Positions 52,001-64,000 of a stretch of DNA of 64,000 nucleotides are shown here, piece after piece. The stretch spans positions 3,410,911-3,474,910 of the forward strand of contig MU058531.1 in assembly GCA_013265495.1 (NCBI GenBank), in the 5' to 3' direction. Source of the stretch: Vicugna vicugna. Lineage: Eukaryota. The notes beneath the pieces are model-generated. The model was not told where the DNA came from, made no database searches, and saw only the letters and a list, made by a program, of their open reading frames with translations. The position numbers were made by a program, and so were the translations under genes. Positions within the stretch are counted from its first letter, which is position 1. Every line of letters begins with the position of its first letter.

Positions 52001-52953
52001 TCTGACATCACTGATCGTGTCCTGTAAGTGCAGATCCCAAGAGTCACTGAAATCAGTTCAAGGGGTATTTCATGAGTTCCAACTGTATGCGACATAGCAT
52101 ACCTTGGATCACTGTAATCGTGGAAGGCACAAAGGAGAGAAAATCTTGGGACGCCCCCGGGGTGGTGGATCCCAGAGGGCCTGGTCGCAGATGTAGTTTG
52201 TATTTACACGGTTGTTGGCAGTGCTTTTCGTTACAGGCACTCACATCTGCATGGTGTCCTTTATAAACTCTTAAAAATCGTGTCTGCATCCAGTTGTTTA
52301 GGGTTCCCTCAAAGTGAAGGACAATACTATTTCAGATTGTTGCCAGAAACCCAGAGAATCTGGAGACAGGGAAAGCTCTTAAGTCTACTTTTTATACAAT
52401 AGAGCTTCATACCATTATTCTGTATATAATCTTTTTACCAAAACACTGTCGCCTGTTTCTGTCAACAAAAGACCTCTTTGTTTTGATAGCCAAGAAAAAC
52501 CCTAAGCCCAGCAGACAACAGAACAGGCTCTTTAAATGACAAAATGTAAGAGCCAAAATGCCTTATTTTTGGAATGTAAATTAGAAGCTTTTTTTTCTTT
52601 AATATGACTGTAGCCCTCAGTTTTTATCAACTTCAGGATTTTTTTTTTAATGTCATCCATGGAGTTCTTTGAATTGCTGCTCAGAATGACTCTATCTTCC
52701 TGATCTGATTACAGGGTAGGCACAAGTGAGGTGGAAGGTGACAGTTTTCCCACACCCTAGAGCCCTCTGAACATGTTGTCTTTGACCTTCAGTTTCTCCA
52801 TATAATCTTGCCCCTGAACACATGTGCGCAGACACCATGCAGCTGAGAGCCTCTGTAACAGGGTGGAAGTTCTCTGGGGATAGACAGAGAGCCCCTGACT
52901 CTTCTCCATGAACTTGAGTACAATTCTAATGCCATCAACTGTTCATATTTTTT

Positions 52954-53087
52954 AAAATATTTTATTTTCTTTTCATTATTTATTTATTCATGGAGGGATT
53001 TTAAAAAAATTCTTTTTAGTTTTCAATGGAGGTACTGGGGATTGAACACTAAGTGCACACTCTACCACTGAGATATACTGCCCCACC
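52954..53087 (-). mobile_element. Vic-1-type SINE with an internal deletion and a long AT-rich tail
   Basis: ggaggtactggggattgaac joined to actaagtgcacactctaccactgag, lacking ~17 nt present in the other copies. Imperfect TSD ctgttcatatttttt (52939-52953) / ctgttcatcttcttt (53088-53102). Confidence 0.85.
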
Positions 53088-53678
53088 CTGTTCATCTTCT
53101 TTTGTAGTCCCTAATATTTTGGAACGTTCGTGAAGGCTTACCTTCCCACTGCTATTTTCCAAAGGTAGAGAGGAAGGTGACATTTCCTTCAGAGTCTTCC
53201 CGTCTCTATCTGGTTCTACACCTCTAACTAGACAGGAAAAGTTCTAATCTGCCGCCCACCCAGTGGGGTGGCTCAGTCACTGTTACACTGTGGGTGTGAA
53301 TGAAGTCCATGGTCTCTCCTACTCCAGGCTGGCAGGTATGTTGGGCACTTTGTCCCTTCCCTTTGGTTTTTGTTAGTAATGAGGAAACCATCACATTATA
53401 AGAAATCTTAGAAGTGATCATCTCTGACCCATTGGTGACTTAAGAGCTGAGACTGGGTCTTGTTTGATGTTACATCCTCAGTATTTAGCACGATACTCCT
53501 AAAGGGGTGATGGGTGGCCCCAGGCATAAGGAGATATAACCCTCCAGCTGTAAACTTTTTTTTTTTTTGCTATTGAAGTTACTTCCGTGGTAGTTAGCTT
53601 AGAAAATATTTGTGAAAGGAAATAGTTCTGGGCTAGAATTGCATCCATTTGTAAAGACTCAGAAAGGCCCTGCTTATA

Positions 53679-53935
53679 CACACTCACAGATACAGAGAAC
53701 AAACTAGTGGTTACCGGTGGGGAGAGGGAAGAGGGGAGGGGGAACATAGGGGTAGGGGACTAAGGGTACAAACTATTAGGTATAAGCTATAAGAATATAT
53801 TGTGCAACACAGAGAGTGTAGCCAATATTTTATAATTATAAATGGAGTATAACTTTTAAAAATTGTGAATCACTGTATTATACACTTGTAACTTATATAA
53901 TATTGTACATCAACTGTACTTCAATTTAAAAACAA
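53679..53935 (+). mobile_element. L1 3' end (L1MA-like)
   Basis: ctcacagatacagagaacaaactagtggttaccggtggggagaggg...aattgtgaatcactgtattatacacttgtaac...tacttcaatttaaaa. Confidence 0.9.
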
Positions 53936-53943
53936 ATGAAGGA

Positions 53944-54083
53944 GGGGGGAGGGTATAGCTCAATTGGTAGAGTGCATGCTTAACATGCCCGAGGTCCTGG
54001 GTTCAATCCCTAGTACCTCCAGTAAGTACGTAAATAAATAAATAAATACATAAACTTAATTACCTCCCTCCTAGAGAAAAAAA
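53944..54083 (+). mobile_element. Vic-1-type SINE (long-tail variant) inserted at the tail of an L1
   Basis: ggggggagggtatagctcaattggtagagtgcatgcttaacatgcccgaggtcctgggttcaatccctagtacctcc, then (TAAA)n, cttaattacctccc and an A-run. Confidence 0.92.
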
Positions 54084-54109
54084 CAACAAGGACCCTGTTT
54101 ATCTCCCCA

Positions 54110-54515
54110 GACTCATTGCTCACTCTCTTAGCTCCAGCGACTCCAGCTACAGGGAGCTGCTTTGCACACGCTGCTGTCTCTGTTTAGGACATTTTCCTCT
54201 CTTTTATCTTACTCTGCCCTCACCTTTGCGTAGCTAACTCTTACTGTCTTCAGGTTGTGTCTAGATGTTACCTCCTAGAAGAAGCCTTCCATGGCCTCCT
54301 AAGACCTTCCTCTGTGTTCGCAAAGCATCCTGTATTCACACCACTGCAGAATTTCTGTTATAGAATTGCCCACTTTCTGGGCTACCTCCCCTGAAACTTG
54401 CTAACTTTCTTGAGGACAAAAACTGTTTAACTCATCATTTTGTCTCCAGCTTCTGGCACACTATTTGGCACAAAGTAGACAATCAGTAATATTTGTTGAG
54501 TGAATGAATGAATGG
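54110..54515 (+). mobile_element. L2 3' end
   Basis: ctttgcacacgctg...atgttacctcctagaagaagccttcc...tggcacaaagtagacaatcagtaatatttgttgagtgaatgaatgaat. Confidence 0.85.
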
Positions 54516-57132
54516 ATAGTGTCCAAACAGGGGAGATATTCATAGACATAGATTTCTTCTCCTTCGGAAACTAAAGTGTAGCTAGAGACTTTGTCCGTGT
54601 TTGCACTGGATACCAGTCCAAGCTTCTCAGAGGATTTCCGTGGGGTCTGGTTGCTGCTGAGGCTCTTCCCAGCCTCCTGACCTCTCTGAGCTCGGTGACG
54701 ACTCTGGCTCCCAGAAACCTGGTGGTCTCTATTCACCCATGGCTGCCTAGTCCATTTGCACTGCCTAAAGCATGTTCACTAACTGGCTGTGAAGTCTGAT
54801 TCTACCCTTGTATGTAACCTGAGAGTCTGTACTGCTTGTTCTAAAGAGCTCTCAAGTCTTATCAGTAGCATGAGGCTCTGAAGTGGGTGTCCTCACGCCT
54901 GCAACTAGCTCACCAAGTCCAGGCCGGCTTACGTTAGGTCCTATTGCTGAGGGTGGGTCCAGTGTTGGCTCAACTACTGAGTTCCTGTTCCCTGGGGATG
55001 TAGGGTAGGAATGCCCCCAACTCCTCTCTGTTGACCATTTACTTGGCTCCCATTAAAGGAGAGACTTTCAAGAATTAAATCACTGCAGTTTTCTGGTAGA
55101 AGAAACTGAGGGCATTCAATAATGACAAACAACTGTCCACTCAGAATTAGAGGAGGGTCTCAGTTTGCAGACCCTACTAGGCAGTACTCCTCCCCTAGTC
55201 CCACCTCTTCCTTTGCCCATGGAGCTGAAGCTCAAAGAATCCAGTTTAAGGGGGTTGGGTGGGGGCAAAGAGAAATGGGAGTGGAGGAGAGAAATGAGCA
55301 ATGGAGATAAAGGAAAGACAAGAAGAGAGAGTGAGGAGGATGGGAGGGTCAGGGCAGACAGAGCAAGGGAAAATAGGATAGGAGTAATAAGAAAGCAAAA
55401 TTGTAGATATGAACATGGAGAAGAGTAAAAAAATTAAGAGTGAAGAAACCATGGAGACACAGAGAAAATTGGAGAAAATGCCTCCAGAATCACCCTAGAG
55501 AGAAAGAAGAGAACAGAGAAGTGACAGAAAGAAAGAAACATGGGGGAGAGAGCACATTCATGCTGTAATTCCTATGTTAGCCAAGAGGATTAATGAGCGC
55601 TCATTTATTGAATGCCACCTATGTAACCCAGCACTGTGACGAGGCTTTGCATTTATAGCATAGTGGGTGCACTAACCCAAAACTGAGTTCAGAGTCTGGT
55701 TGATCATGGAGCTGTGGCCCAGACAACACTCAGACATCTCCACATGAGTTCACATGCAGGAGCTGGGCAGACTTACTCCTGAGCATAGGAGAAGCTCCAC
55801 CACCTTGGGGACACCAGTGAGTAAGTAGGAGGGGTGGGGCTGGGGGTAATAGCTTTTGAGGGTGGGAAACTGTCTCAGGTCCTGTAGGCAAGCAGACATG
55901 GCCTTGGAGTGCTTAGATTTAGGCATTGATGCTATTATGACTGCTTGGATACTCAAGGGCCGTGTAGTTGGAGAATCCACAGCCATCCTATCTCGCTTAA
56001 TCCTGGTTTAGAACAACCCTGTGATAATCTCCATTAAAGAGACACAAGTTACTTTCCCACTGCCACTAGATGGGGGCACTGAGAGCCCAACATGATCTGT
56101 GTGCTGCAAAGACCAGGCTCTTTCCTATGCACCCTAAGGCTTCTGCTCGGCTGTCCCACCTTTGGCAGACAGAGCAATGTGTTCCAGGATGTCAGCCACA
56201 GGCAGTCTTCCGGCAGAGAGTAGAAAAGGAAATATAGTGTTGATTGGTCCAGAAGCGATGATCCAGGCAGAATGGGGCCTTTGGGAGCCATGAAGATAGA
56301 TGGCAATGCTGACCCTTTCCCGTTGGGCAGAAGGAGGGAGGTTAGAGGCGAGGGGGTGGGAATCCGGTTGGGGCACAGGAAGCACACAGCCTGGCCCTTC
56401 AGGTCGGCCTTGGTCTCCTCCACCTGTTGTGGACACACAACAGCCTGGAGCCATAGGACTTCAGGAACTTTCCCTCCCAGCTTCACATGTGCACAGCTTA
56501 GCCAGAACGCTGCCCCTGAGCCCCAGAGACCCTGAGCCAGGGCATCACAGTGTACAGGATTTGTGAACGTTTGTTTTTGTCTCGCAGGGGCTTTGTCCCC
56601 ATGTGATTCATTAACTGACCTGCTGCTCCTTAGAGCTGCAGGGAGCCTGGTAGTTCGGGCCATTAAATCCCTTCTGTCGGCCTAATTCGCAGCCTGACAC
56701 CACAAGCCTCCCAACATAATCCATTTGTCCTGATTTTTTTTTTCTTTTCAAGAGGCCTCCTTGGCAGCCAGGTTTTCTCATTGCAATGTGATTCATCTGT
56801 ATGGTAATTCTCAGTAGAATTAGTACCTCAGGCATGATTCATCTTTAGAAAGATTAAGCCAGAAGCATCATTTCGGAAAGGCCTGTTACATACACAGCCA
56901 CAGGGAGTTTCTGCAAGAGATACCCCTTCATTCAGCTAGCATTTGTCGAGTTGGCCATGCTGGACTCTGAGCTAGGTAGGGGCTTTGGGGAATATGGATT
57001 CGATAGGACTTCACCCCTGCCCTCAGGAGCTCCCATTCTGGAAGGAAGATGACATGGTTATGAGTGTTTATGATGGATAATATGAGGAGTGCAGTCAGAG
57101 ATGAGAGGTAATATGGTCTCCTAAAGTCTCAG

Positions 57133-57325
57133 GTAGTGGTTCTCAAACTTTAACAGGAAGCAAGATCACCCAGAGGGCTTATTACAACACAGATCTCTGG
57201 GCCCTAGGCCCAAAATTTTTTATTTAGTAGATCTGATGTGAGCCCCAAGAATTTGCATTTTTTTTCAACAAGTACCCACATGACGATGTGGCTGCTGGTC
57301 TGGGGACTACACTTTGAGCACCTGG
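57133..57325. mobile_element. MER5A
   Basis: agtggttctcaaacttt...ccaagaatttgcattt...gctgctggtctggggactacactttgag. Confidence 0.85.
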
Positions 57326-58272
57326 CTCTAAGGCTTCAATTCTACCTCCGCTGCCCCCTCTCTTTGCTGCCTGCAGCATGCTAAGCAGTGTGCTCCCTGT
57401 TGGGGACAAAATGTTGAACAAGACACGGCTCCTTCCCCCTGGGAACTCATAGCCTGGAAGGGGAGTGAACAGCGACTTCTACACTCCACAGAAAGCACCA
57501 CTATAGAGTTCTCCATAGGTGCAGTTGGAGCACAAAAAGAAAGATGCTTATTTCTTGCTGGAGTCCGAGGGAAGGCAGCATTGGAAGAGGCAAAATCTGA
57601 ATGCAATGGTAAAATGTGGCTTATGTGGAAAGGCATTTCCAGCTGTTAAATTCCCTGATTATCAAATGTCCTGGGACATCCTCTCACACTCCTTAGATGT
57701 TTTCTGTAGTCATAAAGTTTCAGCTTACTACCTGCAGAAGCCGGTGGCATAGCTCTGGTTAATTGGCCTGGCCTTAGCAAAGCTCTTATTTTTGGCTCTT
57801 TGGAGCTCTGTTTGGTCCGTGTCTCGTGCATGGTCTGAATATTCTCAGTAGAATGGAATTCTCCACACAGGCACTTGAACAGAATGTAGACTCAAGAGCA
57901 GAGGAAGCAACAGCTTGCTACCAAAATCCTCCTCCCTGTCCCTGCCTCTTGGGTCTCCAGGCAGCTCAGCCACCACCCCCATCCCATATCAGCCTTTCTG
58001 TTTTTTTTGACTCTTCAGGAAATTTGGCAGTTCTTATGTTATTGCATTTTGTTTAGAGGCACACACCCATCAGAAGTCAAACTTCCAGCATCATCAACCT
58101 TCTAGAACGCTGCTTCTGGATTCCAGAAGTTAGGAAAGAGGCCCAGGAGACCAGTAAAAGGCACTTCCAAACCACAGCTCTCACACTTGTTTCCATGAGG
58201 GAGGCTTCTACATTGCTACACAGCCCATTAACTCACAGTTAACGCAGTTCATATAAATGTGATTACTTGTTT

Positions 58273-58412
58273 GGGATTTTTTGTTTGTTTTTCTTTTTTG
58301 GATGCTTCTTTTTTTATATAATTTTTTTTAGTAAAAGTACTGGGGATTGAACCCAGGACCTTGTGCATGCTAAGCACGTGCTCTACCGCTGAGCTGTACC
58401 CTCCCTGCCCCC
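58273..58412 (-). mobile_element. Vic-1-type SINE
   Basis: gtactggggattgaacccaggaccttgtgcatgctaagcacgtgctctaccgctgagctgtaccctccc; TSD attacttgttt at 58262-58272 and 58416-58426. Confidence 0.92.
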
Positions 58413-60326
58413 TTAATTACTTGTTTTTCTAGCTCAGGATACTTTAAGAATCACATTATGGGAAGGATAAGGGTGCTATTAGAAGTAGATACATGGTCAC
58501 TAGTGACAAATGACAGCTGTTATTGAAGAAGAATACTGATAAGTGAGAAGAAAGCTGGAGACCCTAACAATACACTGTATTTGAGAATAATGATGATCAA
58601 AATTATCATCAAAATTAAAGTTAATTAATATCCTCCATCCTCCATTTAAGAAAGCTCGGAAATATTGGTCATCGAAGACTACCACTAAGAGGGACGTAGG
58701 AGAAAATACTGGCAGACCCCTTTGTGTTAAAGATAAGAAGACTGTCGGAGAAGGGTGGGTGTCAGTCAGAAGGCAGAGTTCGTCTTTTTTTTTTTTCCCT
58801 TGTTCTCAAGCATCTACCATAGTCTCTGTAAAGGCAACTCAATATTTGTTGAATTAAACTGAATTAGGAAAGTCAACATACAAATCCATATCCTGTTTTT
58901 TTAAGCCTCGTTATCCTTCCGAATCATCATTTTTGTGAAAAAAAGCCAGGATGGAGAATAGATCTGATTAAGCATTCTCAACTCTAAGCCAATAAGCAAA
59001 TGATAATGGAATAATGTTAAACTATTGGCAAATTTCTGAGAACAGACCACATTTGTTTAGCAGCAATTAGAGCCTCATTTGGTTACAGCTATTCTGAATA
59101 CTTTGCAAAGATCTGATGCTGTTTCATGTGATTTCTGTATCTGGTATTCCGCAAAAACAGGTGACAATACAGTATCTCCTGTAGTTTGGGTGAATTCGAT
59201 AAATTCACGACCAAAAAACTGGAGGATTCTAGCCAAGTTCTTGCTGAAGATATAAAATAGAGACATTCATTAATTCAATCAGGAACTATTTATTGAGAAA
59301 CTATAATGCCAAACACTTCTAGACATTGGAGGTAGCAATGAAAAAGGAAATAAAGTTCTCATGAAGCTGGCATTCTTGAGGGAGGAGACAGACAATAGAG
59401 AAACAGAGGTGGAAGGCTCGCTACTGTAACTACCACTCTGTTAACAGTGGTTTCTTTGACAACTGGGGAGTAGGATTCTCTAACTGTTTGGTTTGGTGGT
59501 TAGCAGCACTCGCTTAGAGATGGAGAGTCCTGATGCTCAGTTCTGGGTGTGTTTGCATTAGTTCCTTATTTTTATGTGGTGATGTAGTAAGATCTCTTCC
59601 TAGAGCTAGCTGTTCTGAAGTTTCAATGACATGTCTCAGTGCTCAGTGCCTACTTCATTTTAAGCCCTCAATAAATGTTGCAGTGATTACAAATATTGTT
59701 ATTTAAGAGTCAATGGACACCCAAGTAGCAAGCCTTCTTTCTGTTGAAAGATTTTAGAAGATAAGCCATCAGATCTTGGAACAGCATAAATCTCATAGCT
59801 ACGACCCTAGAAAGACAGATTTCAAAACAGAGCAAGTACAAAATTGGCTCCCCTTATGAGGTACCCTCTATGACCCCAGCAGAAGGCAAGTTAAAACAAA
59901 GCCCTTTCTGGCAGTAGAGAGGAACTCTTTCTTCCCGGGTGACTGCTGTGGACATAGTGTGTCTGGCTGCTTCATGTCTTTCAGTGCACTCAAGTCTTTG
60001 ATTTCATGTCCCTCTGAGTTACCCAGTTCTCTTCAGCCTTGGATGTTTATTTTATTTTGTTTTGGGTCTGAACTCCATGTCCCAGTGCCGGTTTCTTAAG
60101 TCACAAGGAACTTCAAATGTTTTCTTAAGTATTGTCTAAGCACTGCTTGATTTTCTGCAAGTAACTTCATAATATCAAAGTCATTCTGCTCACATGCACC
60201 ACCCACTGTAACCAGAGTAGTGTAATTCCATGGAGAGGATCCACTCACACTTCACAGGGGTTGTTAAATGTAAGTGCTACGAGGGGCACTGTTTGCAACA
60301 TTGACCTATAGCTCTCTCTATAAATA

Positions 60327-60496
60327 TTTTTACTGAGATATAGTTGATTTACAATATTATATTAGTTTCAGGTGTACAACATCTATATTTTTATAGATTG
60401 TACTCCAAAGTTTTTACAGAATATTGGCTATATTCCCTGTGTGTACAAGGAAAGACAAATACTGTATGTTATCACTTACATGTGAAGTCTAAAATA
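60327..60496 (-). mobile_element. Short L1 insertion with an inverted 5' segment
   Basis: 60327-60448 is the antisense L1 tail. 60449-60496 (ggaaagacaaatactgtatgttatcacttacatgtgaagtctaaaa) is a more 5' L1 segment in the opposite orientation. Confidence 0.8.
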
Positions 60497-61384
60497 TACG
60501 TACATAAATCTTAAAATCTCTAAGAACTTCACAATGGCCAACTGTAAAAACCATGACTCCTTTTCTTTCCTCATTCCCAACAACTTCAGCAAGTCCTGTA
60601 GAGTCCATATCCAAAATGTAGCTTGATTATTTATAATAGTCTGAAATTTTTAATTAACTTATTTGGTCTACTTGTTTATTGTCTGCCATCCTCCACTGAA
60701 ATAAAGCTCTTCTTGCTCTCTGCTGGATCCCCAAGCAATTGGGCTTGGCACAATATATGTGTTCAATAAATGTAAATCAGTTGTTAAATGAATGAATGGA
60801 CACATATCTGTTCAGCAAGATTAGATGCCCTGTTGTGATATATTGATTTTATCTCAAAAAAGAGATATTGACCCTTCTACGGCAGTAGACTGTCTAGTTT
60901 TCAGCACCTTCTATTTCCACATTAATCAAGTGAGATAAAATTTATTTATTTTTTCACCTTGCAATTTAAAACTACAAACCTCCATATAAAGGAAACATAT
61001 TTGATCATTCATTAGTCATAACTTGACTATTTTCCAAAGTAATTTAAGGTGACCATGAAAGGAGCTAATCATGAATTAAAAACAATAACACAGCATTGTG
61101 AACATCGCTTAAAACTCTTGCCAAAGAACGACATTTTCTTGAATCCCACTGTTTGGGTTCTGGGTGTGACCATGTTTAGTGCAGTGGATTTAGCTGGAGC
61201 ACAGTGTTGGACAAACCCAGTTTCAATCCTGGCTCAGCCTCCTACTAGCTATGTAGGTTGATTGTATTTCTCCACCTCTCTAGGCTTACTCTCCCCATCT
61301 GCAAAAGGAATCACCTCATAGTGTGTGGTTAGATTCAGATCTCACGCAAAGAAGTACTTACCATTGTGCCCAACACATCATCGT

Positions 61385-61815
61385 TGTGTGAGTTAACTTT
61401 TTCTCTATAACAAAGCACTCCTAAAACTTAGTGACTTTGTGCAGCAATTTACTTAGCTCATGTTTCTCTGAATTGGCTGGCTGGTTCTCCGTGACTGGAT
61501 AAACTGATCTTTGCTGGGTTCTCTGTGATGGCAGTCGGACTGGCAAGTGGGTCACCTACGATCTAGGATGGACCCACTATGTGTCTGAGCAAAGGTGACA
61601 GGAGGGACTGGGCCACGGTGTCTTATCCTCCAGCAAGCTCGTTCTGACTTCTCCACGTGGTAGTTGTAGAATTCCCAAAAGCAGCAAGAGAGAGCAAGCT
61701 CCAACACAGAAGACTTTGCTTGCAACACGTTTGTTGAATTCCCCTTCGTGAAGCAAGTCACAAGACTGGCCCAGAATCAATGAAGGAAATAATTTATGGC
61801 TATTTTCATAGTCTA
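61385..61815 (-). mobile_element. MaLR LTR (MLT1H/G-like)
   Basis: ataacaaagcactcctaaaacttagtgact...atctaggatgg...tcctccagcaagct...aagcaagtcacaagactggcccagaatcaa. Confidence 0.8.
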
Positions 61816-61849
61816 CCACAATCATCCTTGTCACCATCATCAAGAAAAC

Positions 61850-62095
61850 GAGTATTTGTTGAGCATTTACTAAGTGGCTGTTGTAATCATAGTAATACTT
61901 TTATCAAGCTTGTAATTCTTACCACAACTTTAGGAGGCAGATACTATTGTATCCCCATATTGGAGAAAAGGATACTGGGGCACAGAATGGCAAAGCAACT
62001 TACCCAGGGTCACACAGCTGGGAAGCAGAGGAGCTAGGGCTCAAACCAACACTCCAGAGCAACACTGGTAATAACTGTTCTGTATTGCCTCCCCT
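61850..62095 (-). mobile_element. MIR
   Basis: atttgttgagcatttacta...tatccccatatt...gcaacttacccagggtcacacagctgggaag. Confidence 0.82.
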
Positions 62096-62644
62096 TCCCA
62101 CTCTATACATGTAGGACTTTCCATGATTGCTTCTTTTTTTTTTTAAGTGGATGATGTAATAAGAGGTGATAGCCTAATTGTAACACGCACCCTGAGCACT
62201 GCCGTATCCACCACCGCTTCACATTTCAGCATTTTCCAACAAGCACCTTGAATTCAGCTCATTCAGTATTGGTATGAGTGACAGCTGTTAGTCCAGATCG
62301 TGGTAGAACCTGCAGGTATCTTTCTGATTCTTTGTGGACGGGGTGTTAGTGATAGTGAAGACAGCTCAGAGCTGCATTCTCAGAGCTCTTCACTTCTCAT
62401 TTCTTCAGATGAGTTTGAGGACTTGGAACGAAGTGGCTGATAGCAGTGCTGAACGAGTACTTAATATAGACATAGCATTTATGTACGTTGGAGGTGAGCT
62501 GCACGAGCCCTTGAGAGCAAGGACACGGTTTTCTCTCTGTATTCTTGGAAACTAGCACAGGGATGAGCACATAGAAGACAGACTGCAGGAGCTTAGTACA
62601 TGCTTATTATATGGATCTATATCCATATTGATAGCTCATTAAGG

Positions 62645-62935
62645 CAAGGGTCACAAACACATACACAGTGGTGACAAGATATTAGCCAGGTGTGCTCACT
62701 AGAGCATAGAGGGGCTGGCACTAACTGGAGAGCTCATGCCCCATCTGATGAGGGAGAGGTCTAGCCACTTGACGCCACATGGGAATGCTCAGTGTTGCCA
62801 GATTTTTCCATTTTTCAGATAATGCTGTAATTTCAGATATGTATATAAACTTTCCTAATTTTGAAACACTGTGTGTCAAATGAAGCAGGTCGTTTGGGTG
62901 AACCTGGCCTAAGGCCAGCCAATTGTTGACCTGCA
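62645..62935. mobile_element. MER102-like (hAT-Charlie)
   Basis: caagggtcacaaac...gccacatgggaatgctcagtgttgccagat...ggccagccaattgttgacctg. Confidence 0.7.
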
Positions 62936-63159
62936 TTGGACACTTGTTGGCACCTCTCTGTTACATTACAACAGTCCTAAAGGCCCGAGGAGGAAGGGGA
63001 ACCACAGAGTAAGGCAAAGATGGAGCACTGAAATGATAAAAGAAGCAAGACTTCAAGGAAGATGGGTGATAGTCTATTTCAGAGATTCCACAGAGGTCAA
63101 GGACATGAGAATAAGAAAAGGCCATTAGAGTTGAGCAAATTATTTGATACAATGCTACA

Positions 63160-63557
63160 TTCACAGACTATGTTCTTTAAAAAAAAAATCTGTAGTCAAA
63201 TGATATGAGAAATATTCAAAACACTCAGTTAAGGGGGGAGAGTATAGCTCAGTGGTAGAGCACATGCTTAGCATGCACAAGGTTCTGGGTTCAACCCCCA
63301 GCACCTCCAATAAAAAAATTAAATAAATAAATAAACGAACAAACCAATTCCTCTCCTTAAAAAAAAAAAACTCTCAGTTAAACAAAATAAAATTTCTTTG
63401 TTCTGATCCTTTTAATTGTTAGTATTCTAATATATAATGTAAATCTTCGAAAGGAGAAGTACGTCCCTAGTTTTTCAGACTTCCATGATCAAGGAGTCTG
63501 TATTTCATGCAGTTCCTCTAGATCTAATGATGTGAGAAAGACACTTTGGGAAAGCTG
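63160..63557. mobile_element. hAT-Charlie-like relic, interrupted by a SINE
   Basis: tctgtagtcaaat...ataatgtaaatcttcgaaaggag...acactttgggaaagctg. Confidence 0.5.
63233..63366 (+). mobile_element. Vic-1-type SINE (long-tail variant) inserted in a hAT relic
   Basis: ggggggagagtatagctcagtggtagagcacatgcttagcatgcacaaggttctgggttcaacccccagcacctcc, then (TAAA)n, ccaattcctctcc and an A-run. TSD aaaac(a/t)ctcagttaa on both sides. Confidence 0.92.
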
Positions 63558-64000
63558 AGTAAAGCACTGAGACACTGGGAATCTCTGAAAGCATGGTGTG
63601 GAAAGGAACACATTTGGTAATGCATGAGGCCATAACAGAGCAGCTGGGCGAGTAAAGAAAGTGGGTCAGCATATGGTAACTAGGAACCGTCAGCATAGCA
63701 ATCTTTGTAAAGTAAAGCCTTTTTAGCTTCATGCCTCTGGTGAAAACAAATAAAGAAAAGTGAAGTGTTTCCCACCTTTGACGGATTAAATACCTCTTTG
63801 CTTGACATTCAAGGCTCCGCTTTGTCAGGCCAACTGGCTTTCCAGTTTCCCAGCTATGTCCCTACACTCACTCTCTGCTCTTAACACCTGCTCTGCTCAC
63901 TGGCCTTAGGACACACTCACTGTTTTCCAGCCTCTTCACCCTTCCTTACCACTTGAGTTGCCTCGCCCCGCTGCCCCATTAAAGCTGTGCCTGTTTTCCA

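Noticed and set aside
55260..55550. Purine-rich stretch with Glu/Arg-rich ORFs
   Set aside because: Low-complexity GA-rich DNA with no splice or domain support.
56049..56663. Longest ORF (204 aa, - strand)
   Set aside because: No recognisable domain, a non-ATG start, and overlapping ORFs in several frames of GC-richer sequence. Consistent with chance.
62409..62493. 85-nt exon starting with ATG (MSLRTWNEVADSS...)
   Set aside because: The acceptor and donor look good, but the donor falls at the edge of an L2 3' remnant and the peptide is not recognised. Insufficient support.
1..64000. Six-frame ORF track as protein-coding genes
   Set aside because: The ORFs are short and overlapping, many start at non-ATG codons, and many lie in repeats or low-complexity DNA. 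Only the L1 ORF2 pieces and the CR1 piece (27571-27792) resemble known proteins.

Overview
Mammalian genomic DNA, very probably camelid (alpaca, llama or camel). The assignment rests on six tRNA-Ala-derived Vic-1-type SINEs and camelid-type L1 3' ends. The window looks intronic or intergenic and is dense with interspersed repeats: MIR, L2, old and young L1, MER5/MER20/MER46/MER102/MER103 DNA-transposon relics, a mariner relic and MaLR LTRs. It has one 183-nt N gap. I recognise no intact protein-coding gene; the supplied ORFs are chance ORFs except those overlapping L1 ORF2 and a CR1 fossil. Best-supported non-routine items: (1) a near full-length 7SK retrocopy at 7222-7536 (-); (2) an ancient CR1/L3 LINE relic that still shows the endonuclease-to-pre-RT half of ORF2 (~26380-27830); (3) a SINE insertion whose target-site duplication (TSD) encloses ~90 nt of extra sequence, a candidate Pol III read-through 3' transduction (33016-33236); (4) a strong start-codon exon candidate (22060-22118, MDVDAEGLKKT) in a ~3 kb repeat-poor island; (5) three-level L1 nesting and a twin-primed L1. 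I find no convincing evidence of a new multi-gene system. Repeat family names come from recalled consensus sequences and were not computed. Boundaries of old repeats are approximate.
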